Assembly: GCF_004010195.1 (NCBI RefSeq)
Contig: NC_057719.1
Location: 59,595,669-59,618,747, forward strand
Origin: Chiloscyllium plagiosum
Taxonomy: Eukaryota
Direction: 5' to 3'
DNA length: 23,079 bases
Shown piece after piece: positions 21,190 to 23,079 of this stretch. The translations under genes were made by a program, and so were the position numbers. The first letter of the stretch is position 1. Every line of letters starts with the position of its first letter. A model generated the notes under the pieces. It made no database searches, was not told where the DNA came from, and worked only from the letters and a program-made list of their open reading frames with translations.

Positions 21190-22086
21190 CTCTGTTCATC
21201 ATTTTTAAGGTATTTTAGGTGTTAGAGATGATTTCCTTGATATCTAGGAGCAACAATTATTGTTTTATATGCTGTTGCATTGCTTTGGAACTTTGGAGAA
21301 AAAAAAAGTCAAAACAACGACACTTTTAAAGGGAGAGGAACAGACAATAGCAGCACATGATCAGTGAAGGAGAGAGAGAAAGACCCGCACTGCTACCTGA
21401 CACAGCAGTGAATTTGCGCAGTTACTGCCTTCAGTGTTTGAGTTCATGTAACTCTGGACATTGGAGTCCATCGAGGAAAAATTAACCATCAGTGAAATTC
21501 ACAACTGATCTTGGAGGAACTTGTGTAGGAGAGCTCACAGCACAGGGACAGATAAGTGAATCGTTTTTAAGTGTAGCCTTGTTGTAGATCAATAATAGTG
21601 AACAGAGTGGGTTCTTTCTTGATTATATGTTTTATTGAGATCTGTCTCTTGATTAAATTTTTAAAATAGAAGTATTAAGTGACCTGGAGCAGTGTTATTT
21701 TTAGAGCAAGAAGATGGTGCTATTTTCTGGGTCTGTAGACTGTGAAGAAGCAAAGATGGCTTTCAGTAGAGCGAAATGCTCTTCTTGTCAGACGTGGGAG
21801 TTTCGGGAGAGTTTACATGTTACTGAAGATTATGTATGCCGAAAATTTCTTTGGTTGTAAATCCTATCAGATCAAATGGATTGATTGGAGCAACAGTTAG
21901 AAGCATTGAGAAATTTACAAGAGCAAGGGGGTGTGATGGAGGGCAGTTCTTGGAGGGGAGAAAAGCCAGAGATACAGTCAGATAGATGGGTTAACTCCAG
22001 GACAGGTAGGAGAGGTAGTCAAGCAGTGCAGGAGTCTTCTGTGGCTATCCCCATTTCAAACAAGTACGCTATTTTGAAAAATGTAC
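21190..22086 (+). mobile_element. CR1 LINE 5' UTR plus ORF1 N-terminus (pseudogenised), interrupted by a PLE
   Basis: ATG at 21756: MAFSRAKCSSCQTWEFRESLHVTEDYVCRKFLWL*ILSDQMD*LEQQLEALRNLQEQ...AIPISNKYAILKNV. Homologous to 3546-4318. Confidence 0.8.
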
Positions 22087-22660
22087 AAAGTTAAAAATCA
22101 CACAACACCAGGTTATAGTCCAACAGGTTTAATTGGAAGCAATGCTGTGGAATAAATCGTGCTTGGGTTGATTTTTCAAGTCACCGTCCGCGAGCTCCTT
22201 CATCAGGTGATTTTGGAGGGCTCGATGGTAACACAGAATTTATAACAAAATTTGCCGTGTGATGTAACTGAAATTATACATTGAAGAATTGATTGTCCGT
22301 TAAGCCTTTCATCTGTTAGAATACAGTGATAGTTTCACTTCTTTTATGTGTAAATCACAATCTAAAAAGTGAAATAACAGAGTTTTAGATAAATTCATGC
22401 AGTTTTTGAGCTCAGAGTTTGACATGAATCTATGTGGTTTTTGAGCAAAGTGCAATGTAACTCTGAAAGTGCCAAAAAAATTCACCACACACAATATATA
22501 TGTGTGCATGTGGGTCTTTGTCTGTCTGTGTGTGTGTGTGTCTGGCTGGGGTGGAGGTTGTGAGTGTGAGAAAGTGTGTGTGTGTGTGTGTGTGTAGTGA
22601 GTGCAGAGTGTCTTAAGTCTGTGAGGGGGTGCATGTGTGGGAGTCCGTGTGTCTATAAGG
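22087..22660 (-). mobile_element. Penelope-like element inverted terminal (pLTR) copy with (TG)n tracts
   Basis: gttaaaaatcacacaacaccaggttatagtccaacaggtttaattggaagc is the recalled shark PLE terminus. CTGATGA on minus at 22200-22206. 22633-22660 is the inverted copy of 23052-23079 (26/28). Confidence 0.75.
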
Positions 22661-22938
22661 CAGGGATGCCCAGAGGCATGATACATTGGGGAAACTGAGC
22701 AAAGGCTACGACAACGGATGAATGGGCACCGCACAACAATCAACAGACAGGTTCCCTCCCAGTTGGGGAACACTTCAGTGGTCCAGGACATTCAGCCTCG
22801 GACCTTCGGGTGACCATCCTCCAAGGTGGACTTCAGGACAGGCAGCAGAGGAAAGTGGCTGAGCAGAGTCTGATAGCTAAGTTCGGTACCCCATAGGGAG
22901 GGCCTCAAGACCTTGGGTTTATGTCACATTACAGGTGA
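22658..22938 (+). pseudogene. PLE GIY-YIG endonuclease C-terminal fragment (stop and frameshifts)
   Basis: RQGCPEA*YIGETEQRLRQRMNGHRTTINRQ / SLPVGEHFSGPGHSASDLRVTILQGGLQDRQQRKVAEQSLIAKFGT / HREGL..DLGFMSHYR*: YIG motif, RxxxH, HF...H and catalytic E. Confidence 0.85.
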
Positions 22939-22950
22939 TCACCATTGCAC

Positions 22951-23079
22951 TACACACACACACACAGATATTCCTACACACACACACACACACTCTCACA
23001 TGCACACGGACACAGATACACACAGACGCGCACATAGACACCCACACACACCCTTATAGACACATAGACTCCCACACAT
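22951..23079 (+). repeat. (CA)n-rich low-complexity tail of the PLE
   Basis: Multiple CA runs after the endonuclease stop. The end mirrors the inverted copy at 22633-22660. Confidence 0.8.

Noticed and set aside
22309..22791. 160-aa minus ORF rich in HT repeats
   Set aside because: It is a translation of (CA)n microsatellite and antisense PLE sequence.

Overview
This is eukaryotic genomic DNA, almost certainly from a cartilaginous fish (shark). It carries an HE1/V-SINE, a Deu-domain SINE, shark-type CR1 LINEs and Penelope-like elements (PLEs). Most of the window is decayed, often nested, transposable elements: Gmr1-type (PR-IN order) and conventional Gypsy LTR relics, several CR1/CR1-like LINE pieces, a Tx1-like 3' fragment, a Tigger4-like MITE, three SINEs, and PLE pieces bearing minimal hammerhead-ribozyme motifs. 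No intact protein-coding gene, rRNA, tRNA or CRISPR array is supportable, and nearly all listed ORFs are TE fragments or chance ORFs. The most interesting items are: (i) an unexplained ~830 bp decayed coding-like segment (2354-3190) between LTR pieces, with weak resemblance to a paramyxovirus-like P/M junction (speculative endogenous viral element); (ii) several hammerhead motifs, one nearly intact; (iii) a perfect 35-bp fold-back element with an 11-bp target-site duplication; (iv) a three-level CR1>Gypsy>Tx1 nest; (v) an inverted PLE. Family names come from recalled consensus motifs, not database searches, and most element boundaries are approximate.
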